DNA of 64,000 nucleotides from Prochlorococcus sp. AG-355-A09 (GCA_003280995.1 QCDG01000007.1:25026-89025), one strand, 5' to 3'; shown: positions 31,293 to 43,309, numbered from the stretch's first letter. Made by a program: numbers and translations. The notes: a model not told the origin generated them from the sequence alone.

Positions 31293-32960
31293 TTGAGGAA
31301 AGCATCTTTGAACATAATTAATGGATTTCATCTGAAAAATGTAAGAGGCGATATTCTAGGAGGCATCACAGCCGCAGTAGTGGCTTTACCTCTCGCTCTT
31401 GCTTTTGGAAATGCTGCGTTAGGACCTGGCGGAGCAATTTATGGACTTTATGGAGCAGTAGTAGTTGGTTTTTTAGCCGCATTATTCGGCGGAACACCTG
31501 CTCAAGTTAGTGGACCTACCGGTCCCATGAGTGTAACTGTTGCAGGTGTAGTAGCAGGCTTGGCCGCAGTAGGGGTTCCAAGAGATCTTTCTGCAGGACA
31601 AATTTTACCTTTAGTTATGGCAGCGGTAGTCATTGGCGGCTTACTGCAAATATTATTCGGGATTCTAAAACTAGGTAAATACATTACTTTAGTTCCATAT
31701 TCTGTTGTTTCAGGATTTATGTCTGGTATTGGAGTAATAATCATTGCGCTTCAGATTGGACCATTACTTGGAATTAGCACTCGAGGTGGAGTAGTCGAAT
31801 CTTTAACTACTGTATTTTCAAATTTCCAGCCCAATGGTGCTGCTATTGGAGTTGCAATAATGACACTAGGTATAGTATTTCTTACTCCTAGAAAAATAAG
31901 TCAGTGGATACCTTCTCCTCTCTTGGCACTATTGATAGTTACTCCAATATCAATATTAATTTTTGGAGATGGAGCAATTGATAGAATTGGAGAAATTCCT
32001 AGGGGAGTTCCATCTTTAAATTTCCCAAGTTTTAATCAATATTTCCCAATTATTTTCAAAGCAGGATTAGTCCTAGCAGTACTTGGCGCAATTGACTCCT
32101 TACTGACATCTCTAGTAGCAGACAATATCTCTCAAACAAAACATAATTCTGATAGAGAACTTATTGGTCAAGGGATAGGAAATGCAGTTGCAGGTCTGTT
32201 TTCAGGTTTACCTGGAGCAGGAGCAACAATGAGAACAGTCATAAATGTTAAATCTGGAGGATCAACTCCTATCTCTGGTATGGTTCACTCAGTTGTATTG
32301 TTGATAGTTTTAGTTGGTGCTGGACCTTTAGCTGAGCAAATACCAACTGCGTTACTAGCAGGAATCCTTATAAAAGTAGGTTTAGATATAATTGATTGGG
32401 GATTTTTAAGGAGGGCTCACAAATTATCTTTAAAAACTTCAGTAGTAATGTATGGCGTACTTTTGATGACAGTTTTTTGGGATTTAATTTGGGCAGTTCT
32501 AGTAGGTGTATTCATAGCAAATATGCTCACTATCGATTCAATAACTGAAACTCAACTAGAAGGTATGGATGAGGATAATCCTTTATCAAAAGATGATCAA
32601 GCTAAAAATGCATTACCTGCTGATGAAAAAGCACTACTAGATAGATGTTCAGGAGAAGTAATGCTATTTAGACTTAAAGGACCACTTAGTTTTGGAGCAG
32701 CTAAAGGTATATCTGAGAGAATGATGCTCGTAAGAAACTACAAAGTTTTGATATTAGATATCACTGATGTTCCAAGACTTGGAGTGACCGCGACTCTGGC
32801 AATAGAAGATATGATGCAAGAAGCAAAAAATAATTCCAGAAAAGCATTTGTTGCAGGTGCTAATGAAAAAGTAAAAGATAGATTAGCTAAGTTTGGAGTT
32901 GAAGGGATTATTGAAACAAGAAAAGAAGCTTTAGAAACTGCTCTAAATGAAATAGCCTAA
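31293..32960 (+). CDS. bicA: SulP/SLC26 family anion transporter, BicA-like bicarbonate transporter
   Basis: ALPLALAFG, SGPTGP, many TMs, C-terminal STAS (GPLSFG); adjacent to sbtA. Confidence 0.85.
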   Translation: MRKASLNIINGFHLKNVRGDILGGITAAVVALPLALAFGNAALGPGGAIYGLYGAVVVGFLAALFGGTPAQVSGPTGPMSVTVAGVVAGLAAVGVPRDLSAGQILPLVMAAVVIGGLLQILFGILKLGKYITLVPYSVVSGFMSGIGVIIIALQIGPLLGISTRGGVVESLTTVFSNFQPNGAAIGVAIMTLGIVFLTPRKISQWIPSPLLALLIVTPISILIFGDGAIDRIGEIPRGVPSLNFPSFNQYFPIIFKAGLVLAVLGAIDSLLTSLVADNISQTKHNSDRELIGQGIGNAVAGLFSGLPGAGATMRTVINVKSGGSTPISGMVHSVVLLIVLVGAGPLAEQIPTALLAGILIKVGLDIIDWGFLRRAHKLSLKTSVVMYGVLLMTVFWDLIWAVLVGVFIANMLTIDSITETQLEGMDEDNPLSKDDQAKNALPADEKALLDRCSGEVMLFRLKGPLSFGAAKGISERMMLVRNYKVLILDITDVPRLGVTATLAIEDMMQEAKNNSRKAFVAGANEKVKDRLAKFGVEGIIETRKEALETALNEIA

Positions 32961-32966
32961 TAATTT

Positions 32967-33965
32967 ATGGAAATAAGTCCAATTCTGCAAAATGTATTAG
33001 CCCCGCCAGTTCTTTTCTTTTTGATTGGAGCAATATCAGTACTCTTTAAATCTGATTTAGAGATACCAGCTCCATTACCTAAACTCTTCTCCTTATACCT
33101 ACTCCTAGCTATTGGTTTTAAAGGAGGTATAGAGATACAGAAAAGTGGTTTTACAGATCAAGTATTGCCTACTTTAAGTGCTGCAATACTGATGTCACTA
33201 GTAATCCCGCTGATTGGATTTTTAATTTTAAGATTTAAGTTTGATGTCTTTAATTCAGCCGCGATAGCAGCAGCATACGGTTCAATTAGTGCTGTTACAT
33301 TTATCTCTGCAGAAAGTTTTTTAGAAAGTCAAAAAATAGCTTTTGATGGGTTTATGGTTGGCGCTTTAGCTTTAATGGAGTCTCCTGCAATAATTGTTGG
33401 ATTATTACTTGTGAAATTTGCAGCTCCAAAAAATAGACCAAAATCAAGAAAAATGCATCTAAGCGCAATATTACACGAATCACTTTTGAATGGATCAGTT
33501 TATTTATTGCTCTCAAGCTTGATTGTAGGATTTCTCACTGCTTCCAGTAATCCCTCAGGAATTGAAAAAATGGAGCCTTTTACTGGACAATTATTCTATG
33601 GAGCAGAATGCTTCTTCTTGTTAGATATGGGAATAGTTGCTGCTCAAAGATTGCCGAGACTGAAAAATGCGGGTTCGTTCTTAATTGGCTTTGCCATTTT
33701 TATGCCTTTATTTAACGCATTTATTGGTGTTTTCGTTGCAAGATTTTTATCATTAGGACCTGGCAACGCACTTTTATTTGTGGTTTTATGTGCTAGCGCC
33801 TCTTATTTAGCAGTTCCTGCAGCGATGAGGATGACGGTACCAGAAGCTAAATCTAGTTATTATATTTCAACTACACTAGGTCTAACTTTCCCATTCAATA
33901 TAGTTCTTGGCATTCCCATATATATGAGTTTAGTAAATACCATTATCCCATTATCCCCCCTATAA
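32967..33965 (+). CDS. sbtA: Sodium-dependent bicarbonate transporter SbtA family
   Basis: LLLAIGFKGG, YGSISAVTF, MESPAI, ASASY, LTFPFN. Confidence 0.9.
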   Translation: MEISPILQNVLAPPVLFFLIGAISVLFKSDLEIPAPLPKLFSLYLLLAIGFKGGIEIQKSGFTDQVLPTLSAAILMSLVIPLIGFLILRFKFDVFNSAAIAAAYGSISAVTFISAESFLESQKIAFDGFMVGALALMESPAIIVGLLLVKFAAPKNRPKSRKMHLSAILHESLLNGSVYLLLSSLIVGFLTASSNPSGIEKMEPFTGQLFYGAECFFLLDMGIVAAQRLPRLKNAGSFLIGFAIFMPLFNAFIGVFVARFLSLGPGNALLFVVLCASASYLAVPAAMRMTVPEAKSSYYISTTLGLTFPFNIVLGIPIYMSLVNTIIPLSPL

Positions 33966-33967
33966 AA

Positions 33968-34249
33968 ATGAAAAGGTTAGACTTGATATTTAGTGAAAGA
34001 GAACTAGATGCAATCATCAAAACATTAGAAAAAGCTAATGTTCCTGGATATACAGTTATGAAACACGCCACAGGCAGAGGGCCTGAAAGAGTTGTTACTG
34101 AAGATATGGAATTTACAGGATTAGGAGCAAATGCTCATGTAATTGTTTTTTGTGAGCAAGAATTAATAGATAAAATGAGAGATAACATAAGGGATGATTT
34201 AAGCTACTACGGAGGAGTTGCTTATATTTCTGAAGCAACACCCCTTTAA
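33968..34249 (+). CDS. sbtB: PII-like SbtB
   Basis: GYTV..ATGRG PII fold, 2 nt downstream of sbtA. Confidence 0.85.
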   Translation: MKRLDLIFSERELDAIIKTLEKANVPGYTVMKHATGRGPERVVTEDMEFTGLGANAHVIVFCEQELIDKMRDNIRDDLSYYGGVAYISEATPL

Positions 34250-34272
34250 GTTAAAGAAGCAATATTTTATTT

Positions 34273-35229
34273 TTAAGAATGAATCCAATCCACTCTTATA
34301 TTTTTTCGACTATTTAAGTATCTATCAATTGACATTGCAGCAATACAACCATCAGAAGCTGCAACTACGGCTTGCTTAAATGGTGTATTTCTTATATCTC
34401 CAATAGCCCATACTCCATCTGAGTTTGTAGACATAAAGTCATCAACAATAACTCCTCCATCTTCTTTTAAAGCAATTTGATCCCCTAAAAAATCAGTAAT
34501 AGGCTTTGAACCACTCATATAGACAAACACGCCATCTAAATTTAAGTTGATAGGATTTTCTTCCTGTTTATTTTTTACAACAACTCCATTCACACCCATA
34601 TCATCGCCTAATATTTCCAATAATCTTGTTCTACTCCAATGTTTTATATTTGAATTATCCATCAATTCCATAGCTTCTTCGTTATCTGATTTAGGATCAC
34701 TTGATGTAATCCAATGAACGGTTGATGCAAATTTAGTTAGAACAGTTGCCTCTTCAATTGCCTCCTTGTTTACTCCAACAACTGCAACTTCTCTATTTTT
34801 ATAAAAAGCACCATCACATGTAGCACAATAACTTACTCCTTTGCCAAGAAAATCCGCTTCGCCCTTAAATGATGCAGGCCTACCCATGGCTCCACTTGCA
34901 AGTACAAGTGCTTTAGCTTTGAAAGTGCCTTCGGGAGTATAAACCATTTTCCATTCTCCACTAGTGTCTATTCCAAACACTTGCGCTCTTCTATAATCTG
35001 TACCATATTGCACAGCCTGTTCTCTCATTAGAGTAAGTAATTTCTCTCCACTTATATCAACTGGAACACCAGGATAATTAGCTATTTGATGAGTTATTGC
35101 TAAGGCGCCAACAGATGGATTTTTATCTAAAATTACTGTCTTTAAGTTGGAACGAGATGTATAAAGTGCGCAAGTACATCCGGCCGGCCCTCCTCCGATA
35201 ATAACTACATCTGACTCAATGATTTCCAA
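34273..35229 (-). CDS. trxB: Flavin thioredoxin reductase family protein (probably NADPH-independent DTR/FFTR type)
   Basis: GGGPAG FAD motif, GVSYCATCDG, AIGD; NADPH motifs absent; C-terminal VDW. Confidence 0.85.
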   Translation of the reverse strand: MEIIESDVVIIGGGPAGCTCALYTSRSNLKTVILDKNPSVGALAITHQIANYPGVPVDISGEKLLTLMREQAVQYGTDYRRAQVFGIDTSGEWKMVYTPEGTFKAKALVLASGAMGRPASFKGEADFLGKGVSYCATCDGAFYKNREVAVVGVNKEAIEEATVLTKFASTVHWITSSDPKSDNEEAMELMDNSNIKHWSRTRLLEILGDDMGVNGVVVKNKQEENPINLNLDGVFVYMSGSKPITDFLGDQIALKEDGGVIVDDFMSTNSDGVWAIGDIRNTPFKQAVVAASDGCIAAMSIDRYLNSRKNIRVDWIHS

Positions 35230-35484
35230 TTTTAAAAAACTCCTTTTTTAGTAGTTAATTAGATGAGTTCTTGGTTTGAAGATATTTTTAAAGTAAATAC
35301 CTGAACCTATATATAGATATAAGTTAAAAGAAAAAAGAGAAAAAAGCTTAATATAGAAACAAACTTACATAGGAAAAACATAAAAAATTAAATATCAAAA
35401 TGATCAGCTACGTGAAATGTTCTGTATTGATCTATTATTAGTTCATATCGACAAATCAATTGCCGTTGAGACATTATATTTTTT

Positions 35485-35802
35485 ATGACCAACTCTGATT
35501 ACCTTTTAAAAGCTGCCATCAAGAAAGTAACCGAAAAATTAAACGAGATATTGATTGGCAAAATTGAAGAAGCAACAAATATAGCTCAGGATGCTCCTGA
35601 AATTCTCAAAAAAGAATTTGATAGTTTAAAAGAATCCATAATCGAAGAAGCCTCAAGAATGGAAAAAGCCGAAAATATTCAAGAAAATGAGTCTGCAAAT
35701 ACTTATCAAGATTCCAAAATACAAAAAGCTTTAAATGAAATTGAAGATATCAGTAAACAAATTGATCTCTTTAATAAAACCATAAATAATCAAATGAAAT
35801 GA
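35485..35802 (+). CDS. Hypothetical coiled-coil protein coupled to the ABC1 kinase gene
   Basis: Helical, charged ORF overlapping the next start by 4 nt (ATGA). Confidence 0.7.
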   Translation: MTNSDYLLKAAIKKVTEKLNEILIGKIEEATNIAQDAPEILKKEFDSLKESIIEEASRMEKAENIQENESANTYQDSKIQKALNEIEDISKQIDLFNKTINNQMK

Positions 35803-37466
35803 GTTTTCACATTCTTCATTATCGTTTAAAAAAGTTGAAGAGGGCCATTCTTATTTGGATAACTCTGATTTCACTTTTAATAAATTTGTGGATAGATAAT
35901 ATTAGATTTACAATTTTCCAAGCTAAGAAGAATGAAAAAAGTAGGGTCCAAATTAAAAGAGCTAGATGTTTTACTAATCAATTAATAAAGCTTGGTTCAG
36001 CATTTATTAAAATTGGACAATTATTATCAGCGAGACCTGATTTAATTCCTAATACCTGGATACAGGAATTGTCTAAATTGCAGGATCAAGTTCCTAATTT
36101 TTCATTTACGCAAGTTGAAGAGACTATAAGAAATGAACTAGGTTCTAAGTTTAATGAAATAGATCAAATAATATGTGATCCGGTTGGATCAGCATCACTA
36201 GCTCAGGTTCATAGGGCGACTTTAAAAGATGGTAAGAAAGTAGTTTTTAAAGTTCAAAGACCTAATTTAAAAGAATTGTTTATTATCGATTTGGGCATAA
36301 TGCAGCAAATAGCAGGATTATTGCAGAAAAATAAAAATTGGAGTCGAGGTAGAAACTGGGTTGAGATTGCTAAAGAGTGTAGGAAAGTTCTGATGAAAGA
36401 GCTTGATTTTAATTGCGAAGCGCAATATGCAGCAAGATTTAGGCAGCAATTTCTTGATGATGAAAATGTTGAAGTTCCTGAAGTAATTTGGGATATGAGC
36501 AGTGAAAAAGTACTTTGTTTAAGTTATATAGAAGGGACAAAAATAAGCGATTTAGAAAAATTAAAATCACAAGAAATTGATTTATCTAAAATTGCAGAGA
36601 TAGGTGCAATCAGCTACTTAAAACAATTAGTAAATTACGGGTTTTTTCATGCAGATCCTCATCCAGGGAATCTAGCAGTTTCAAGTGAAGGTAAATTGAT
36701 TTTTTATGATTTTGGAATGATGGGGAACATCTCAAATAATCTTCAAACAAGATTAGGGGGGATGGTTAAGGCTGCTGCTCTTAGAGACGCTTCATCACTT
36801 GTTATTCAATTACAACAAGCTGGGCTAATTTCAAAAGATATTGATGTAGGACCAGTGAGAAGATTAGTCAGATTAATGCTTAAAGAAGCCTTAACTCCGC
36901 CATTTAGTCCTAATATTATTGAAAAATTATCTGGAGATTTATACGAACTGGTTTATGAAACACCATTTCAACTGCCAGTAGATTTAATCTTTGTGATGAG
37001 AGCTTTATCAACTTTCGAAGGAGTTGGTAGAATGCTTGATCCAGGGTTTAACCTTGTATCAGTTACCAAGCCTTATTTAATAGAACTTATGACTTCAAAT
37101 AATCAAAGTCCCAACGATTTAATTAACCAATTTGGAAGGCAAGTAGGTGAACTAGGATCGAAAGCTGTTGGAATTCCCAAAAGAATAGATGAAAGTTTAG
37201 AAAGATTAGAACAGGGCGATTTACAATTGCAAATAAGAATGGGAGAGTCTGATAGGCAATTCAAAAAAATGTTTACGGCTCAAAAAACTTTAGGCCATTC
37301 AATTCTCATAGGAAGCTTATCAATTGCATCTGCTTTACTTGTAACCAATAAACAAAATAATTTTGCATTGTTGCCACTTTTTTTTGCACTACCAATAAGT
37401 ATTGATTGGATAAAGTGCCAATTAAGTATGAGAAAAGGCTCACGTTTAGAAAAACTTAAGCGCTAA
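35799..37466 (+). CDS. AarF/ABC1/UbiB family atypical kinase
   Basis: FIKIGQLLS, ASLAQVHRA, KVQRP, FFHADPHPGN, DFGM. Confidence 0.93.
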   Translation: MSFHILHYRLKKLKRAILIWITLISLLINLWIDNIRFTIFQAKKNEKSRVQIKRARCFTNQLIKLGSAFIKIGQLLSARPDLIPNTWIQELSKLQDQVPNFSFTQVEETIRNELGSKFNEIDQIICDPVGSASLAQVHRATLKDGKKVVFKVQRPNLKELFIIDLGIMQQIAGLLQKNKNWSRGRNWVEIAKECRKVLMKELDFNCEAQYAARFRQQFLDDENVEVPEVIWDMSSEKVLCLSYIEGTKISDLEKLKSQEIDLSKIAEIGAISYLKQLVNYGFFHADPHPGNLAVSSEGKLIFYDFGMMGNISNNLQTRLGGMVKAAALRDASSLVIQLQQAGLISKDIDVGPVRRLVRLMLKEALTPPFSPNIIEKLSGDLYELVYETPFQLPVDLIFVMRALSTFEGVGRMLDPGFNLVSVTKPYLIELMTSNNQSPNDLINQFGRQVGELGSKAVGIPKRIDESLERLEQGDLQLQIRMGESDRQFKKMFTAQKTLGHSILIGSLSIASALLVTNKQNNFALLPLFFALPISIDWIKCQLSMRKGSRLEKLKR

Positions 37467-37471
37467 AAAAA

Positions 37472-38767
<1,296 letters not shown>

Positions 38768-39026
38768 TTAATTATTACTATTTAAATCCTATTAATAGCT
38801 GAACTATTTGGCTAATATCTGAAATATATTTGTTAACCAACTATAATTATAAATTTTATAAGAGCTTCGATATTATTTAGCGTTTTTTTTCATTCTAAAG
38901 TCCCCGCAAATACTCCCATCTAAATAATTTTCAAATTCATCTTACAATTTGAAAATTATTGGATGATTATTAATGCAGATCCTATTTAGAATATTAATTA
39001 ATAATCAACTATAGTTTTTATAGTTT

Positions 39027-41783
39027 ATGAGAGAAACACTTACATCCAGTCCTGAACTATTTAGCGATATTAGTTGGAATCTTCTTTTATTAGGGGAAGA
39101 AACCGCAAAAAAATGGGATCATAGCGAATTTAATATTGAACACATAATTCATACATTATTCTCATCAAGTGAATTCCTTGCCTTCATTGAAAAATTATCA
39201 ATCGACCAAGATACAGTTTTAGACATAACAGAAGATTTTTTAGAAGAGACACCAACAAATGAGTCAGATATTTTTACTATCGGAGAAGATTTAGAAATTT
39301 TATTAGATAACGCGAATCAGATTAAAACTCAATGGGGATCGAGATTAATAGAAATCCCTCATTTACTAATTGCTCTTGGAAGAGATTTAAGAATTGGAAA
39401 TTATGTTTTTGAAGAAGGAAACCTTTCAATGGAAAAATTAGAGGAAGAATTAAAGTTTTACCCTAATATCAATCAATCAAAAGATTCCTTTAATTATGGG
39501 AATGTAATTGAAATAAATAATCAATCTAATTTTGAATCAGAGAAAGAAACTTTAGTTAAAGAAGAAAAATTGAAAAAAGCTATTGTTCCATTACCGAAAA
39601 GTGAACTTCACATTGAAACTAAAAAACAAGTTGGAAAAGATGAAAATGCTCTTTCAATTTATGGAAAAGATTTAACAGAATCCGCTAAAAAAGGCTTACT
39701 GGATCCTGTTTTAGGAAGAGAAAATGAGATCAATAATTTAATGAGGGTACTCTGCAGAAGAAACAAAAATAACCCTATACTTATTGGCAATCCTGGAGTT
39801 GGTAAAACCTCAATTGCAAAATTACTTGCTCAATTAATTGTAGACAAAAAAGTTCCTGATACTTTAAATGACTTAAAAATTATTTCACTTGACTTAGGTG
39901 CATTAGTTTCTGGGACCAAATTTAGAGGGCAACTAGAGGAAAGACTAAGCTTAATAATGCAGGAACTAAATAATCCAAACCAAGGAATGATTCTATTTAT
40001 TGATGAAATTCACTCAATATTAAGTTCTGACAGATCTTCTACCGACATCAGTAATATCTTAAAACCTTTACTAGCTGAAGGAGAACTTAGATGTATCGGT
40101 ACAACAACGCCTGAGAAATTTCGTGAAACTATTGAAAAAGATCAGGCATTAAATAATTGCTTTCAAAAGATAACTGTTAATGAACCTTCAGTAGAATTAA
40201 GCGCAAAAATACTACAAGGTATCAAAAAGAAATATGAATCACATCATGGCATAAAAATTTCTGAAGAGGCTGTAAACTATTCTGCAAAATTGGCCGATAG
40301 ATATATTAGCGATAAATGTCTCCCTGATAGTGCAATAGATTTAATTGATGAAGCAGCTGCACAGTTGAAAATCGAGTCTAATAATATGCCTCAAATCATT
40401 CTCCAACAAGAAAACAAACTTAATACTATTGATGAGAAATTGAATAATTTGCAAGGAAAAAATATCGAAGTTCAAGAAAAACTATTGAATAATAGAAAAC
40501 AATCAGAGGCAAAATTGAATGTTCTTTTGGAAAATTGGAACAATCTACGCGAGGAAATGGAGGAATTATCTATTTTAATGAAAGAAGAAGATAAGCTAAC
40601 CAAACAAATTAAAGATAAATCAAATCGCGAAATTGAAAATGATCTAGATTATTTAGAAAAGCTTGAAGAAGAGTTAAGTGAAATAGAGAATGACATACAA
40701 AAAGTTGAAGAGAACTTTAATAAAATAAAGAAAAATAGAAATTTCCCTTTTAAATATCAAGTTGAACCTGATGATATTGCAGATGTTATATCAAAAATCA
40801 CAGGTATTCCAATTTCTAAAGTAGTTTCAAATGAGCGTAAGAAATTAGTCAATCTAGAAACAGAACTAAGTGAAAAAGTTATTGGACAAGAAAAAGCCAT
40901 AGAAGCTGTATCTGCTGCGATTAGAAGAGCTCGAGTTGGCATGAAAAGTCCTAAAAGACCTATTGGATCTTTTTTATTTATGGGTCCTACTGGTGTTGGT
41001 AAAACAGAATTAGCAAAATCTCTTGCAGCAGCTTTATTTGATGAAGAAGACGCACTTTTAAGATTAGACATGAGTGAATATATGGAGAAAAATGCCGTAG
41101 CAAGACTTTTGGGAGCTCCTCCAGGTTATGTTGGTTATGAAGAGGGAGGTCAATTAACTGAAGCTGTAAGACGGAAACCCTATTCAGTAATACTTCTTGA
41201 TGAGATAGAAAAAGCACATACAGAAGTATTTAATATCCTTTTGCAAGTCTTAGATGAAGGAAGATTAACGGATTCTCAAGGAAGGACCGTAGATTTCAAA
41301 AATACGGTAATCATTATGACAAGTAACCTAGCTGGTAAATCTATACTTGAGTATTCACAAAAGATTTCTAAAAGTGAGGGAAAGCTAGAAAAAGATCAAC
41401 AAACTCTAGATGATTCAATTAGTAATGCATTGTCTTCAATTTTTAGACCTGAATTTTTAAATAGAATTGACGAAGTGGTAAAGTTTGATCCATTATCTAT
41501 TGATGAACTTCAAAAAATAATCATTTTACAAACAGAAGACTTAAAGAACCTGCTACTTGAGCAGAAAATAAATATCGCTATAGACAAAAAAGTTATAAAC
41601 AAAATTGCAAACGATTCTTACGAACCTGAATATGGTGCTAGGCCACTTAGCAGGGAACTTAGAAGACAAATAGAAAATCCCTTGGCTGCAAAACTTTTAG
41701 AGGAAAACTTTAAAAATAAAAAAAATATAACAATTCAACTTAACCCTGCTAAAAAAGATGAGATAATTTTCAAACCTAGCTGA
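39027..41783 (+). CDS. clpB: ClpB-family AAA+ chaperone (ClpB2 type)
   Basis: Walker A motifs GNPGVGKT and GPTGVGKT, long coiled-coil M domain, PPGYVGY, FRPEFLNRID. Confidence 0.93.
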   Translation: MRETLTSSPELFSDISWNLLLLGEETAKKWDHSEFNIEHIIHTLFSSSEFLAFIEKLSIDQDTVLDITEDFLEETPTNESDIFTIGEDLEILLDNANQIKTQWGSRLIEIPHLLIALGRDLRIGNYVFEEGNLSMEKLEEELKFYPNINQSKDSFNYGNVIEINNQSNFESEKETLVKEEKLKKAIVPLPKSELHIETKKQVGKDENALSIYGKDLTESAKKGLLDPVLGRENEINNLMRVLCRRNKNNPILIGNPGVGKTSIAKLLAQLIVDKKVPDTLNDLKIISLDLGALVSGTKFRGQLEERLSLIMQELNNPNQGMILFIDEIHSILSSDRSSTDISNILKPLLAEGELRCIGTTTPEKFRETIEKDQALNNCFQKITVNEPSVELSAKILQGIKKKYESHHGIKISEEAVNYSAKLADRYISDKCLPDSAIDLIDEAAAQLKIESNNMPQIILQQENKLNTIDEKLNNLQGKNIEVQEKLLNNRKQSEAKLNVLLENWNNLREEMEELSILMKEEDKLTKQIKDKSNREIENDLDYLEKLEEELSEIENDIQKVEENFNKIKKNRNFPFKYQVEPDDIADVISKITGIPISKVVSNERKKLVNLETELSEKVIGQEKAIEAVSAAIRRARVGMKSPKRPIGSFLFMGPTGVGKTELAKSLAAALFDEEDALLRLDMSEYMEKNAVARLLGAPPGYVGYEEGGQLTEAVRRKPYSVILLDEIEKAHTEVFNILLQVLDEGRLTDSQGRTVDFKNTVIIMTSNLAGKSILEYSQKISKSEGKLEKDQQTLDDSISNALSSIFRPEFLNRIDEVVKFDPLSIDELQKIIILQTEDLKNLLLEQKINIAIDKKVINKIANDSYEPEYGARPLSRELRRQIENPLAAKLLEENFKNKKNITIQLNPAKKDEIIFKPS

Positions 41784-41844
41784 GGAGTAAATCAATAAGC
41801 TAAAATAAAAACTAAAGCAAAAAGCTTAATTTCAAAAAAATTTT

Positions 41845-42087
41845 GTGACAAGTCCTACTACTAATAAAGAACCTCTTAAAAAGGATTCTCCTGAAGTTGA
41901 AGACTCTAAAAAAAAGAATAATTTTTTTAGATCTACCTACGATGAACTTAAGCTTGTCGTGTGGCCTAACAAACAACAACTTTTTAGCGAATCAGTAGCA
42001 GTTATAATTATGGTATCTTTTTCTGCTGCAGCCATTGCTTCTGTTAGCAGATTCTATGGATGGGCAGCCTCGCAAATTTTTGGTTGA
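41845..42087 (+). CDS. secE: Preprotein translocase subunit SecE
   Basis: ELKLVVWP plus a single TM; upstream of nusG. Confidence 0.93.
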   Translation: MTSPTTNKEPLKKDSPEVEDSKKKNNFFRSTYDELKLVVWPNKQQLFSESVAVIIMVSFSAAAIASVSRFYGWAASQIFG

Positions 42088-42138
42088 ATTATGTCCCGAA
42101 TATCCATTAATAAAGATCTTAATTAAGCTTCCAGAAAA

Positions 42139-42750
42139 ATGAGTAATGAATTAACTACAAACCTTGCTTCTTCAAAAGCAAATACAAGCATCGCAAGATG
42201 GTATGCAGTTCAAGTAGCATCAAGCTGTGAAAAAAAGGTAAAAGCGACTCTTGAGCAGAGATCAGTAACTTTAGGTGTTAATAATAGAATCATTGAAATT
42301 GAAATTCCCCAAACTCCAGGAATTAAATTAAAAAAAGATGGAAGCAGACAAACTACTGAAGAAAAAGTGTTCCCAGGTTATGTCCTCGTAAGAATGATTT
42401 TGGATGAAGATACAATGATGGCTGTTAAAAGTACTCCAAATGTAATTAACTTTGTCGGTGCTGAAGACGGGAGAGGCAGCGGAAGATCGCGAGGTCATAT
42501 CAAACCCCGACCATTATCAAGACAAGAAGTTAATAGAATATTTAAGCGCGCTTCAGAGAAAAAAGCTGTAATCAAGTTAGATATTGAAGAAAAAGATAGA
42601 ATCATTGTAACTAGCGGTCCATTCAAGGACTTCCAGGGAGAAGTTATAGAAGTTTCCGGAGAAAGAAATAAATTAAAAGCATTACTTTCAATATTTGGGC
42701 GCGAGACTCCTGTAGAATTAGAATTCTCCCAAATCAATAAACAAAATTAA
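42139..42750 (+). CDS. nusG: Transcription termination/antitermination factor NusG
   Basis: WYAVQ, FPGYVLV, KOW SGPFKDF, IFGRETPVEL. Confidence 0.98.
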   Translation: MSNELTTNLASSKANTSIARWYAVQVASSCEKKVKATLEQRSVTLGVNNRIIEIEIPQTPGIKLKKDGSRQTTEEKVFPGYVLVRMILDEDTMMAVKSTPNVINFVGAEDGRGSGRSRGHIKPRPLSRQEVNRIFKRASEKKAVIKLDIEEKDRIIVTSGPFKDFQGEVIEVSGERNKLKALLSIFGRETPVELEFSQINKQN

Positions 42751-42817
42751 TTTCTAATTGTTCTTGTTTATCGAGTAAAATTATGATTTTCTACTTCAGC
42801 TTAAATTCTCTAATCTA

Positions 42818-43243
42818 ATGGCAAAAAAAATTGTTGCAGTTATCAAGCTTGCTCTACAAGCAGGCAAAGCAAACCCTGCTCCTCCTGTAGGGCCAGCTTT
42901 AGGACAACATGGTGTAAATATCATGGCATTTTGCAAAGAATACAATGCAAGGACACAAGATAAAGCAGGTTTTGTAATTCCAGTCGAGATTTCTGTTTTT
43001 GAAGATAGAAGCTTTACTTTTATCACAAAAACACCTCCTGCTTCCGTCTTAATAACAAAAGCAGCTGGAATAGAGAAAGGTTCAGGTGAATCCGCAAAAG
43101 GCTCTGTTGGGAATATAAGTAAAGCTCAATTAGAAGAAATAGCCAAAACTAAGCTTCCTGATCTAAACTGTTCTAGTGTTGAATCAGCAATGAAAGTAAT
43201 TGAGGGCACTGCTCGTAATATGGGCGTCTCTATCACTGATTGA
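42818..43243 (+). CDS. rplK: 50S ribosomal protein L11
   Basis: [18 protein letters not shown]. Confidence 0.99.
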   Translation: MAKKIVAVIKLALQAGKANPAPPVGPALGQHGVNIMAFCKEYNARTQDKAGFVIPVEISVFEDRSFTFITKTPPASVLITKAAGIEKGSGESAKGSVGNISKAQLEEIAKTKLPDLNCSSVESAMKVIEGTARNMGVSITD

Positions 43244-43270
43244 GTTCAATACAAAATTTCTCACTATTTA

Positions 43271-43300
43271 GGGGAGGTTAGTTAATAACCGTTTGCACCC
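43271..43300 (+). promoter_or_regulatory. Putative L1-binding autoregulatory RNA element upstream of rplA
   Basis: GGGGAG...GCACCC outer stem with internal loop and inner GGTTA/TAACC stem, 9 nt before the rplA ATG. Confidence 0.6.
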
Positions 43301-43309
43301 AATATTATT

